The notes under the pieces are model-generated. The model was not told the origin of the DNA. It did not search any database and saw nothing but the letters and a program-made list of their open reading frames with translations. Of a stretch of 64,000 bases of DNA, positions 19,571 to 28,353 are shown one piece after another (within the stretch, counting starts at the first letter, position 1; each line of letters starts with the position of its first letter). The translations under genes were made by a program, and so were the position numbers. The DNA comes from Patescibacteria group bacterium (lineage in GTDB: Bacteria > Patescibacteriota > Patescibacteriia > UBA2196). The DNA lies in assembly GCA_028748975.1 (NCBI GenBank), contig JAQTPI010000001.1, forward strand, positions 354-64,353, given 5' to 3'.

Positions 19571-19607
19571 AGAGGCCGGGCCGACGTCTGTCGGCCCGGC
19601 CTTCTCT
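19571..19607 (+). terminator. GC-rich perfect hairpin terminator
   Basis: 'agaggccgggccgacgtctgtcggcccggcctct'. Confidence 0.6.
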
Positions 19608-19612
19608 ATATT

Positions 19613-19643
19613 TGCCAAGAAATCGTCTTTATTCTATAATTAA
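19613..19643 (+). promoter_or_regulatory. sigma70-like promoter (TTGCCA-17-TATAAT) for glyRS
   Basis: 'TTGCCAagaaatcgtctttattcTATAAT'. Followed by a ~105-nt leader rich in 'tacgaat'/'attcgta' inverted repeats. Confidence 0.55.
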
Positions 19644-19748
19644 GTATATGAATTTTCTACGAATGTACGAATAAAACGAATATACGAATAGCTTCATTTT
19701 TATAGATTCGTACATTCGTAAAATTCGTAAATTTGTAGCTTTCAAACT

Positions 19749-21137
19749 ATGAAAAAAAAGACAGAACAACTAAATGACAAAATGGACAAGTTGATATCTT
19801 TAGCCAAGCGCCGCGGGTTCATTTTTCAGTCCTCGGAAATTTATGGCGGTTTTGGCGCCTATGATTACGGCCCCTTGGGCGTGGAGCTAAAAAATAACAT
19901 TAAAAAAGCTTGGTGGAAGCTGTTTGTCACCGACCGCTCCGATATGTTTGGCTTGGATGCTTCCATCTTGATGAATCCTAAGGTTTGGGAAGCTTCGGGC
20001 CATCTTAAAAATTTTTCCGACCCACTCGTGGATTGCAAGAAATGCCGCAAGCGTTTTCGCGCCGACCATCTTTTAGAATTGAATTCAGCCGAACCCAAAC
20101 ATGAAAAAGAAAAAATCAGCGAGCTGCCCCAAACTTGTCCTGAATGCGGCGGAGAATTGACCGCGGCGCGCAATTTCAATTTGATGCTGAAAACCTTCAT
20201 CGGTCCGGTGGAAGATGAGGGCGCGGTTTGTTATCTTCGCCCGGAAACAGCCGGTGGAATTTTTACCAATTTTAAAAATGTTTTAAATTCCATGCGCGCG
20301 CGCGTGCCTTTTGGCATCGGCCAAATTGGCAAAGCTTTTCGCAATGAAATCACCACGGAAAACTGGATCTATCGCACTCGCGAATTTGAACAGATGGAAA
20401 TTGAATATTTCATCAATTCCAAGGACTGGAAAAAGAAATTTGAAGAATGGCTGGAACTCATGAAAAAGTGGTGCGAATTTTTGGGCATCAAAAAAGAAAA
20501 TTTGGTTTTGCACGAAATTGAAGACAAAGACCGCGCTTTCTACTCCAAGCGCACAGTTGATTTTGAATATAAATATCCTTTCGGCACCAAAGAACTTTAC
20601 GGTTTGGCCTATCGCACTGATTATGATTTAAGCCAGCACCAGAAATTTTCCGGCGAGGATTTAAATTACACCGACCCGGTGACTGGCGAAAAATTTTTAC
20701 CGCATGTGATTGAGCCTTCGCTTGGTGTTGACCGCACAATTTTGCCGGTTTTACTTGAGGCTTACAGCGAAGTGGAAGCGCGCAGTGGCGAAGATGATGC
20801 CAAACACGAAAAGGAAGTGGTTTTGAAACTGCCCTATGAACTCGCGCCGATTAAAGTTGCCATTTTGCCTTTGTCTAAAAAAGAACCGCTCGGGGAAATC
20901 GCGCATAAAATTGAAATGGATTTAAGAAGAAATTTGGTGGTGCAATACGACGAAACTGGCTCCATTGGCAAACGCTATCGCCGCCAAGACGAAATCGGCA
21001 CGCCCTTTTGCGTGACCGTGGATTTTGACAGTGTGGCAGATAAAAAAGTGACCGTCAGAGATAGAGATAGTATGAGTCAAGATAGGATTTTAATTAGTGA
21101 ATTGAGAAACTACTTAAATAATAAATTAATACGCTGA
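19749..21137 (+). CDS. glyQS: glycyl-tRNA synthetase (alpha2 dimeric type)
   Basis: 'RRGFIFQSSEIYGGFGAYDYGPLG', 'VWEASGHLKNFSDPLVDCKKC' and 'YLRPETAGGIF'. Confidence 0.85.
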   Translation: MKKKTEQLNDKMDKLISLAKRRGFIFQSSEIYGGFGAYDYGPLGVELKNNIKKAWWKLFVTDRSDMFGLDASILMNPKVWEASGHLKNFSDPLVDCKKCRKRFRADHLLELNSAEPKHEKEKISELPQTCPECGGELTAARNFNLMLKTFIGPVEDEGAVCYLRPETAGGIFTNFKNVLNSMRARVPFGIGQIGKAFRNEITTENWIYRTREFEQMEIEYFINSKDWKKKFEEWLELMKKWCEFLGIKKENLVLHEIEDKDRAFYSKRTVDFEYKYPFGTKELYGLAYRTDYDLSQHQKFSGEDLNYTDPVTGEKFLPHVIEPSLGVDRTILPVLLEAYSEVEARSGEDDAKHEKEVVLKLPYELAPIKVAILPLSKKEPLGEIAHKIEMDLRRNLVVQYDETGSIGKRYRRQDEIGTPFCVTVDFDSVADKKVTVRDRDSMSQDRILISELRNYLNNKLIR

Positions 21138-21146
21138 TTTACGCAG

Positions 21147-21590
21147 ATGAGAACACAGATCAACGCAGATTTGAAAAATTCTAATTTTCTTCATGGGGAT
21201 TTGACTTTTGTGATTCGCGGAGTTTTTTATGAGATTCGCAATCAATATGGGCCGGGTCAAAAAGAATCGGTTTATGAAAATTTAGTTTACGAATATTTAA
21301 AAGAAAAAGGTTACGTGGTGGAGAAACAACCGACCATTAATATATATTCTGCTAAAACAAATAACAAAGTTGGGGTTTATAGACCAGATCTTTTAGTAGA
21401 AAATAAAATAATCATTGAAATCAAATCTGCCAGGATTACCACGATTCAAGATGAAAAACAATTATATTTTTATTTACGCAACAGCCAATATGAACTAGGT
21501 CTATTAGTAAATTTTTCCACGCCACATTTTTTTATTAAAAGAATAATTTACTCAAATAGCAAAAAATTATTCCTAAAAAAATCAGTGTAA
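21147..21590 (+). CDS. GxxExxY family protein (PD-(D/E)xK fold)
   Basis: 'GQKESVYENLVYEYLKEKGY...YRPDLLVENKIIIEIKS...GLLVNF'. The start and stop codons are embedded in inverted repeats at 21141-21173 and 21589-21611. Confidence 0.7.
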   Translation: MRTQINADLKNSNFLHGDLTFVIRGVFYEIRNQYGPGQKESVYENLVYEYLKEKGYVVEKQPTINIYSAKTNNKVGVYRPDLLVENKIIIEIKSARITTIQDEKQLYFYLRNSQYELGLLVNFSTPHFFIKRIIYSNSKKLFLKKSV

Positions 21591-21646
21591 ATCTGCGTTC
21601 GCATCTGTGTTTATCGGCGTGATTATTATTTATCTGAGAATAAGTT

Positions 21647-22915
21647 ATGTATAAGAAGTATAAACTCTCAAACGGTACACGTGTAATCTTAGCGCCGCAG
21701 AAAAATACCAAGGCCGCCACGGTTTTGGTTTTGTATGGCGTGGGCTCGCGCTATGAAAAAGAAAGCGAAGCCGGCATCTCCCATTTTTTGGAACACGTGG
21801 TTTTTAAGGGCACAACCAAGCGGCCGAATACCCTGGAAATTTCTAGGGAATTAGATGCAATTGGTGCTAAATATAATGCTTTTACCGGTAAAGACCACAC
21901 CGGTTATTATGTCAAAGCCAATGCCGAGCATCTGGGTTTGGCTGTGGAAATTTTATCCGACATGCTTTTTAACTCCAAATTTGAGAGTCAGGAAATTAAA
22001 CGCGAAAAAGGCACAATTATTGAAGAAATAAATATGTTTGAAGATAACCCAAGTTTTGGTGTTAATCTTTTGCTTGATAATATAGTTTTTAAAAATAATT
22101 CTTTATCTCGTGATGAAGGTGGCACTAAAAAAACCGTGTCTGCCGTGACGCGCGCCAAAATCATAAATTATAGAAACACGCACTATCGGCCGGAGAATTG
22201 TGCCATCGTCATTGCCGGAAATGTTGACAATCAAAAAGCCAGAAGAATAATAGAAAAATATTTTGGCGGCGAAGCAAAAAAGAAAAAGAAACCGGATTTT
22301 GAAAAATTTAAAGAATTCCAAAAAGCACCGCAGATTAAATTGAAATACAAAAAAACCGAGCAAGTGCATCTAGTGTTTGGTTTCACTGGTCCCAAAGCGA
22401 CTGATAAAGATTTTATGGCGACGCAGATTCTTTCCGTAATTCTTGGCGGCTCCATGAGTTCGCGCCTGTTCATTAATATTCGCGAACGCTATGGCCTTTG
22501 TTATTATATTCGTTCTTCTTTTGACAGTTACCATGATGTCGGACTTTTTTCCATTACAGCGGGGTTGGATAAAAAAAGAATTTTTTTAGCCATTAATCTA
22601 ATTTTGAAAGAATTAAGAAAAATTAAACAAAAGGGAATTACCAAAGAAGAATTGAAAAAGGCGCAAGAATTTTTGAAAGGCCACATTATTTTGGAAATGG
22701 AAGATTCGGCCGCAGTGGCCGAATGGTTCGGCCGGCAGGAAATTTTGGTGCGCCAGACCAAAACACCGGAGCAAAAAATCGCGGAAGTTATGAAAGTGAC
22801 CAAAAATAAAGTAGACGCGATTGCCAGAAAAATTTTTCAGACCGAAAAACTGAATTTAGCTTTGATCGGCCCATACCGAGATGATAAAAAATTTAAAAAA
22901 TTATTAAAAATATAA
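21647..22915 (+). CDS. M16 family zinc peptidase (insulinase-like)
   Basis: 'HFLEHVVFKGT' is the inverted zinc-binding motif HxxEH. Confidence 0.7.
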   Translation: MYKKYKLSNGTRVILAPQKNTKAATVLVLYGVGSRYEKESEAGISHFLEHVVFKGTTKRPNTLEISRELDAIGAKYNAFTGKDHTGYYVKANAEHLGLAVEILSDMLFNSKFESQEIKREKGTIIEEINMFEDNPSFGVNLLLDNIVFKNNSLSRDEGGTKKTVSAVTRAKIINYRNTHYRPENCAIVIAGNVDNQKARRIIEKYFGGEAKKKKKPDFEKFKEFQKAPQIKLKYKKTEQVHLVFGFTGPKATDKDFMATQILSVILGGSMSSRLFINIRERYGLCYYIRSSFDSYHDVGLFSITAGLDKKRIFLAINLILKELRKIKQKGITKEELKKAQEFLKGHIILEMEDSAAVAEWFGRQEILVRQTKTPEQKIAEVMKVTKNKVDAIARKIFQTEKLNLALIGPYRDDKKFKKLLKI

Positions 22916-22928
22916 TTTAATAAATAAT

Positions 22929-23104
22929 TTCCAATAACCAAGAAACAATTTCCAAATAAGTTCCAAATACCAAATTCCAAATAATCATATTTTGAATTTT
23001 GGTTATTGAAATTTGTGGTTGTCCTTAGGACAACCATCCCGCAATTCTGCGGGATGCCAGCGAAGCTGGCATTTATTTGGAAATTGGAACTTGTATCTTG
23101 GAAC
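22929..23104. mobile_element. ~176-bp MITE-like element, copy 1 of 3
   Basis: Near-identical to 39031..39205 and 53443..53618. Three hairpins: 'ggttgtccttaggacaacc', 'cccgcaattctgcggg' and 'gccagcgaagctggc'. Ends 'gttccaaata...' and '...tatcttggaac' are inverted. Begins 14 bp after the M16 peptidase stop. Confidence 0.65.
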
Positions 23105-23116
23105 TTAAAAAATTTT

Positions 23117-24154
23117 ATGCCCATGCCTAAAACTTCTCACAATTTATCCTACACTTCCATCCTGCGCGTGGTCGTGGTCGCCCTCGCGCTTGGCTTCCTC
23201 TACATCGTGCGCGATGTCATCGGTTTGGTTTTTGTCTCCGTCATTTTGGCCGCCGCTTTTGACCCTTTTATTGATTTTTTTGAAAATCGAAAAATTCCGC
23301 GTGCCGTTTCCATTTTGGTCATCTATCTCATCCTCTTGGCTGTCATCAGTCTGGTTGTTGTTCTTTTAATTCCTCCGATTTCCGAGCAGGTGGGGCAATT
23401 GGCGCGCAATTTACCAGATTATTATGAACGGGTGGCCTTGGATTTAAACAGTTTACGTGACGGACAACAAAGTGTGGCCCCCACTTTGCCCCAGGCCCTT
23501 TCTGGTTTAAGCAATAATTTGGCCAAAACTACCAGTAGTGTTTTTTCCACTTTAACTGGAATTTTTGGTGGCCTGGTTTCTTTTGTTTCCGTGCTGGTCA
23601 TGACTTTCTATCTGGCCGTGCAGAAAAATGGTCTTAAATTTTTTATCAGATTTCTGACGCCCGCTGAACACCATGGTTATGTTTTGGGTCTGGCCGACCG
23701 GGTGCAAAATAAAATCGGCACCTGGTTGAGGGGACAAATGATTTTGTGTTTGGTAGTAGGCCTCGCTGTTTACGTTGGCTTGACCCTTCTTGGTGTTAAA
23801 TATGCCCTGCTGCTTGGCGTCATCGCCGGCATTACGGAAATAATTCCTTATGTCGGTCCTTTCATTGGCGCCATTCCCGGCGTCTTCATCGCTTTTTCTG
23901 ATTCTTTGCCCAAAGTCATCATGGTGGCCGCGATGTATTTTTTGGTTCAACAATTGGAAAATTACATTTTGGTGCCAAAAGTAATGCAGCGCACCACCGG
24001 CCTAAACGCCGTGGTGGTCATGGCCGCCATTTTAATTGGCGGCAAATTGGGCGGCATTGTCGGCGCGCTTTTAGCCGTGCCCGTGGTTTCCATGCTAGAA
24101 GTGTTTTTGTTGGAAAGATTCCCATATATGAGGCAGGTGGAGGAGAAATCCTAA
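23117..24154 (+). CDS. AI-2E family transporter (PerM/UPF0118)
   Basis: Multi-TM protein with 'TEIIPYVGPFIGAIPGVFIAF'. Start at MPMPKTS, downstream of the MITE copy. Confidence 0.7.
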   Translation: MPMPKTSHNLSYTSILRVVVVALALGFLYIVRDVIGLVFVSVILAAAFDPFIDFFENRKIPRAVSILVIYLILLAVISLVVVLLIPPISEQVGQLARNLPDYYERVALDLNSLRDGQQSVAPTLPQALSGLSNNLAKTTSSVFSTLTGIFGGLVSFVSVLVMTFYLAVQKNGLKFFIRFLTPAEHHGYVLGLADRVQNKIGTWLRGQMILCLVVGLAVYVGLTLLGVKYALLLGVIAGITEIIPYVGPFIGAIPGVFIAFSDSLPKVIMVAAMYFLVQQLENYILVPKVMQRTTGLNAVVVMAAILIGGKLGGIVGALLAVPVVSMLEVFLLERFPYMRQVEEKS

Positions 24155-24266
24155 AAGGGGAAGTCGTTATACGGCGTCGCCGCTCGTATCGTGATAAGTT
24201 TTACGTTTAACGACCGTTCAACAACAAACGATTGCCGAAACGGGCTGCGATGCCGTTAAACGATTA

Positions 24267-25064
24267 ATGAATTATTTTATGTTGTATATAGTGGCGACTC
24301 CCATCGGCAATTTGGAAGATATCACCTTGCGCGCCTTGCGCATTCTGAAAGAAGTGGATTATATTTTATGTGAAGATACGCGGGTGACGGCGCGACTTTT
24401 GGCGCATTATAAAATTTACCCTGTCAAATCCACCACGGGTGGTTCGCCAGAGGCGAAATTTGACAGGGTAAAAGGGAAAAAACTAATTGCTTATCATCAG
24501 CATACCGACGAAAGAAAAATAAAAGAAATCGTGAAATTGGTGGAAAATAATAATGTGGCGCTGGTAACCGATGCTGGCACGCCGGGGATTTCCGATCCGG
24601 GGAATAGATTAATTAATGAACTTCTAACCCCCTTTAGGGGAGGTGGAAACGAAACCTCGGCTAAAGCCGGTAGGAATTTTCGAATAGAACCAATACCGGG
24701 CGCGTGCGCTTTAGTAACGGCTTTATCCATAAGCGGTCTGCCCACTGATAAATTTATTTTCAAAGGTTTCGTGCCACATAAAAAGGGGAGAGAAACTTTT
24801 TTGAAAGAAGTAATCGCCAGCGCTGAAACTGTGGTCTATTATGATTCGCCCTATAGAATAATAAAAAATTTGGAAAAAATTCGCGATTTATTAGCTGGCA
24901 TTCGCGACGGATTTGCGAAACCAAAGCATTTTATTGTCTGCCGCGAACTGACCAAAAAATTTGAAACCATCTACCGCGGTTCTGCCGAGGAAATTTTGGC
25001 AGAAATAAAAAAGGAGTTCCATGAGGGAACTCCGAAGGGTGAATTTGTGGTGGTGGCTGGATAA
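24267..25064 (+). CDS. rsmI: 16S rRNA (cytidine1402-2'-O)-methyltransferase
   Basis: 'LYIVATPIGNLEDITLRALRILKEVDYILCEDTR'. An in-frame repeat insertion around 24640 ('ccccctttaggggagg') encodes 'TPFRGGG'. Confidence 0.8.
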   Translation: MNYFMLYIVATPIGNLEDITLRALRILKEVDYILCEDTRVTARLLAHYKIYPVKSTTGGSPEAKFDRVKGKKLIAYHQHTDERKIKEIVKLVENNNVALVTDAGTPGISDPGNRLINELLTPFRGGGNETSAKAGRNFRIEPIPGACALVTALSISGLPTDKFIFKGFVPHKKGRETFLKEVIASAETVVYYDSPYRIIKNLEKIRDLLAGIRDGFAKPKHFIVCRELTKKFETIYRGSAEEILAEIKKEFHEGTPKGEFVVVAG

Positions 25065-25076
25065 ACTAAGTGTTTT

Positions 25077-25313
25077 TTAATCCGGCATTTTCCCCAAATT
25101 TTTTGTTACCCAATGATCACCGTAAATGTAATTTAATTTTTCTTTATTCCAAATCCATATTTTCCAAATCAATAATTTAAAAGCCACTTTTCTATCTTCC
25201 TCAAATTCAAATAATTTATTAGAAGATTTTCTTATTTCATTATATAACCATTTACTTCTAATAAATATTAAAATACTAAGAATTAATGCAATAATTATTA
25301 ACGTGGTAGGCAT
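25077..25313 (-). CDS. small membrane protein, hypothetical
   Basis: N-terminal TM helix. Trp-rich. Confidence 0.4.
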   Translation of the reverse strand: MPTTLIIIALILSILIFIRSKWLYNEIRKSSNKLFEFEEDRKVAFKLLIWKIWIWNKEKLNYIYGDHWVTKNLGKMPD

Positions 25314-25331
25314 TTTTCCTCCTTTTAATTT

Positions 25332-25604
25332 TTATTCCCCAAAATCTTTCCCGTCTTCTGCTAGCACATTACCAACACTTTTTTCAACAGCCGGTTTTCC
25401 CGGCGGAAAATGTTTATCCAGTAGCGCCAATGATTTTTGCAGTTCTTTCATGATTTTATTTATTTCTTCTCTTACTTCTGCTACTGTGCCATCTCCATCG
25501 TCTTGTTTTAAAATTTGCAAGAAAATATTCAAAGCAATAATCAGATCGGTTTTGATTTCTTGAAGCCGGGTGCCGATATTTTCACCAGTCAGCTTAGCCG
25601 CCAT
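25332..25604 (-). CDS. hypothetical protein
   Basis: RBS 'aaggagg' (reverse complement of 25607-25613). Confidence 0.5.
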   Translation of the reverse strand: MAAKLTGENIGTRLQEIKTDLIIALNIFLQILKQDDGDGTVAEVREEINKIMKELQKSLALLDKHFPPGKPAVEKSVGNVLAEDGKDFGE

Positions 25605-25682
25605 AGGTCCTCCTTGTTTGGATTGTGAATGTGAGACAGGCTTGATTTTTACCTTATTTCATCTTAGTAAATTTATAGAAAT

Positions 25683-27122
25683 ATGTCAAAGAAATTCTAC
25701 ATTACCACCCCGATTTATTACGTGAATGACAAGCCGCACATCGGCCACGCCTACACTACGATTGTGGCGGATGTTTTGGCGCGCTGGCACCGCCAGAATA
25801 AGGGTGATGTGTTTTTTTTAACCGGCACGGATGAGCATGGCACGAAAGTGGCTGAATCAGCCGCGGCTGTCGGCAAAACCCCGCAGGAATTTTGCGATGA
25901 AATTTCCGCTCTGTTTGAGGCGAAATGGAAAAACTTAAATATCAGCAACGATGATTTCATTCGCACCACTTCCGCCCGGCATAAAAAAAGAGTTATAGAA
26001 ATTTTTAATTTATTGAAAGACGCGAAGACGCCACAAGGCAGGGAAGTAATTTATCAGGGTGAATATAAAGGGCTTTATTGCACCGGCTGCGAAAAATTTT
26101 TAACCGAAAAAGAATTGGTGGACGGCAAATGTCCTGACCATAAAACCGCGCCGGCAGAATTAAAAGAAAAAAATTATTTTTTTCGTTTGTCCGATTACAA
26201 AGATATTTTGCGTAAAAAAATTGAAAAAGATGAAATAAATATTTTTCCTGTTAAACGTAAAAATGAGGCGCTCGCCATGCTGGAATTTATTGATGATTTT
26301 TCCGTCTCTCGCGAAACCGTAAAATGGGGAATTGATTTGCCTTTTGATAAATCGCAGAAAATTTATGTCTGGGTTGATGCACTTTCAAATTATTTGACCG
26401 CCCTGGGCTATCCCGATGACAAGAATTATAAAAAATGGTGGCCGGCCGATGTCCAATTGATGGCGCAGGATATTTTGAAATTTCACACGCTTTATTGGCC
26501 GGCAATTCTAATGGCGCTCGGTTTGTCTTTGCCAAAAAATATTTGCATTCATGGTTTCTTCACGATTAATGGCGAGAAGATGAGCAAGTCTTTGGGCAAC
26601 GCCATTGATCCCGATGAATTGGTGGAAAAATATGGGGTGGATGCCACGCGGTATTTGCTTTTATCGCAATTTGCTTTTGGCGAAGAAGCCGATGTCCAAG
26701 TGGCGCGGTTTCCGGAAAAATTTAATTCCAATTTGGCCAATGGCCTCGGCAATTTGGTGGCGCGAGTTTCCAATCTATTGGAAAAGAATAAGATACCCAC
26801 CGATTTACGTCATGATTATAATCATGACAGGAAACTGACAAAAGAATTTGAAGAAAAAATGGAAAATTATAAATTCAACGAAGCTCTGGAGGTTTTGTGG
26901 AAAAGACTGCGCGCCTGCGATGAAATTTTAACCAAAACCGAACCCTGGAAAATGAAAAACAAAGAAGAAATTAAAAAAGTTTTGGAGCCGGTGGCGCAGG
27001 ACATTTTAAGCGTGGCCGAACTCCTGCAGCCCTTTATGCCCGCCACTTCTGAAAAAATCGTGGCACAATTTGGCGCGAAACAAATTAAAAAAGGCGAGAC
27101 ATTATTTCCAAGAATAAGTTAA
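25683..27122 (+). CDS. metG: methionyl-tRNA synthetase (short form)
   Basis: 'PIYYVNDKPHIGHAYTT' (HIGH motif), zinc knuckle 'CTGCEKF...CPDH', and 'KMSKSLGN'. Confidence 0.9.
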   Translation: MSKKFYITTPIYYVNDKPHIGHAYTTIVADVLARWHRQNKGDVFFLTGTDEHGTKVAESAAAVGKTPQEFCDEISALFEAKWKNLNISNDDFIRTTSARHKKRVIEIFNLLKDAKTPQGREVIYQGEYKGLYCTGCEKFLTEKELVDGKCPDHKTAPAELKEKNYFFRLSDYKDILRKKIEKDEINIFPVKRKNEALAMLEFIDDFSVSRETVKWGIDLPFDKSQKIYVWVDALSNYLTALGYPDDKNYKKWWPADVQLMAQDILKFHTLYWPAILMALGLSLPKNICIHGFFTINGEKMSKSLGNAIDPDELVEKYGVDATRYLLLSQFAFGEEADVQVARFPEKFNSNLANGLGNLVARVSNLLEKNKIPTDLRHDYNHDRKLTKEFEEKMENYKFNEALEVLWKRLRACDEILTKTEPWKMKNKEEIKKVLEPVAQDILSVAELLQPFMPATSEKIVAQFGAKQIKKGETLFPRIS

Positions 27123-27209
27123 GTGTTTTGTCATTCCGGCCCCCGAGCCGGAATCTAGGAAATAAAAAAAGACCCAAACTCGTGTTGATGAGTCGGGCCC
27201 CCGCGAAGA

Positions 27210-27533
27210 TTACTTCATTTGATCGGCCGGAATAAATCCGTCGGGTAGCAACGGCATTTTTATACAACCGACGCTAACTTTTCTGATTTTCAATGCTTGG
27301 ATTATTCTATCTATTTGTTCCAGACCTTTGGTTGAACAAATGATAAGGTAGGGCATTCGTCTATTTTTTCCATCGCACGACCTAACATCGGAATAACGGA
27401 GACGTGATGTAATAACAATGTCGTTATCATAAGAACCGGCCATAAACTTAACAAAAATTACTGCGTCATCTATTTTCTTCTTCATTTTTTTGGCCTCGTG
27501 ACGATTAAAGCCAATCATCATAATATTCAGCAT
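27210..27533 (-). CDS. hypothetical protein
   Basis: Start MLNIMMIGF with RBS 'aagggggt'. The longer ORF-track start is less likely. Confidence 0.4.
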   Translation of the reverse strand: MLNIMMIGFNRHEAKKMKKKIDDAVIFVKFMAGSYDNDIVITSRLRYSDVRSCDGKNRRMPYLIICSTKGLEQIDRIIQALKIRKVSVGCIKMPLLPDGFIPADQMK

Positions 27534-27697
27534 TTTAGTACCCCCTTTCTTGTTTTTTGAATTTGATTGTATTTTCATTTTAGCATGTCTAATTTTTTGT
27601 GTCAAGCTCAAGATTAAAATATTAAAATATTTAAAATTTACGAGATCCCTCGGCTTGGCCGATTGCTATCGGCCTCGCTCGGGATAAACTACAAAAT

Positions 27698-28231
27698 ATG
27701 TCTCTATCCATCCTGGACTTTGTCCTGCTCATCCTGCTCTTTGCCTTTGCCGGCGGAGGGTTTGCCATGGGCCTAATTAACGAGGTCGGAAATTTGGTCG
27801 GTACCGTTGTCGGTGCCGTGGCCGCCACCAATTTTTTTGAAAAATTAGCCAGCTGGGTTGGCACGCCGTTTAATCTCTCGGAAAATTTAGTAAAAATTCT
27901 TTGTTTCCTTTTAATTTTCATCGTAGCCAATCGCTTGGTCGTAGCCATTTTCAGTATTGCGAATAAAGTTTTCAATGCCTTGGCAATTATTCCGTTTCTC
28001 AAAACCATTAATCGCGTGGCCGGCGCGGTTTTGGGCGTGGTCACCGGCGGGCTGATTATCGGATTGTTCTTGGTTTTCATTGCCAAATTTCCTTTCGCCA
28101 CTTTCATTATGAAGCCGATGGAAAATTCCGAAGTCGCCCAGTTTTTGTTCAAGTACGGCAAAATTTTAATGCCGCTTCTGCCGGAATATTTCCGTAAAGC
28201 GACGGAAATGGTGAATATGTATAAGATATAA
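27698..28231 (+). CDS. cvpA: CvpA family membrane protein
   Basis: Four TM helices with the CvpA-like 'MSLSILDFVLLILLFAFAGGGFAMGL' N-terminus. Confidence 0.6.
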   Translation: MSLSILDFVLLILLFAFAGGGFAMGLINEVGNLVGTVVGAVAATNFFEKLASWVGTPFNLSENLVKILCFLLIFIVANRLVVAIFSIANKVFNALAIIPFLKTINRVAGAVLGVVTGGLIIGLFLVFIAKFPFATFIMKPMENSEVAQFLFKYGKILMPLLPEYFRKATEMVNMYKI

Positions 28232-28237
28232 AACACC

Positions 28238-28347
28238 TTACGTCATTCCGAGAGCCGATATTATCGGCTCGATGGAATCTTGGTCGCAAAGATCCCATCG
28301 CTCGCCTCGCTTCGCGGTCGAAGCGGGCTTCGCTCGGGATGACAAAT
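28238..28347. repeat. composite palindromic repeat ('cgtcattccgagagccgatattatcggctcgatggaatcttg...cgggatgaca')
   Basis: Nested hairpins. Related to 31981..32058. Confidence 0.7.
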
Positions 28348-28353
28348 TAATTT

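Noticed and set aside
19644-19748. T-box riboswitch upstream of glyRS
   Set aside because: The leader is only ~105 nt, with no specifier-loop/T-box consensus (AATTAGGGTGGNACCGCG). Its structure is made of 'tacgaat' inverted repeats instead.
23006-23116. ORF-track N-terminal extensions 'MKFVVVLRTTIPQFCGMPAKLAFIWKLEL...' at 23006 and 39107, and the minus-strand ORFs 22837..23124 and 53096..53551 'MVVLRTTTNFNNQNSKYDYLEFGIWNLFGNCFLVIG'
   Set aside because: They lie entirely within the three copies of the 176-bp MITE-like element. Identical 'proteins' in three places arise from repeated non-coding DNA. The real starts are MPMPKTS (23117) and MSFSAISS (39215).
27631-28236. 201-aa minus-strand ORF antisense to cvpA
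   Set aside because: Fully antisense to a clear multi-TM CvpA protein. No SD. Low-complexity translation.
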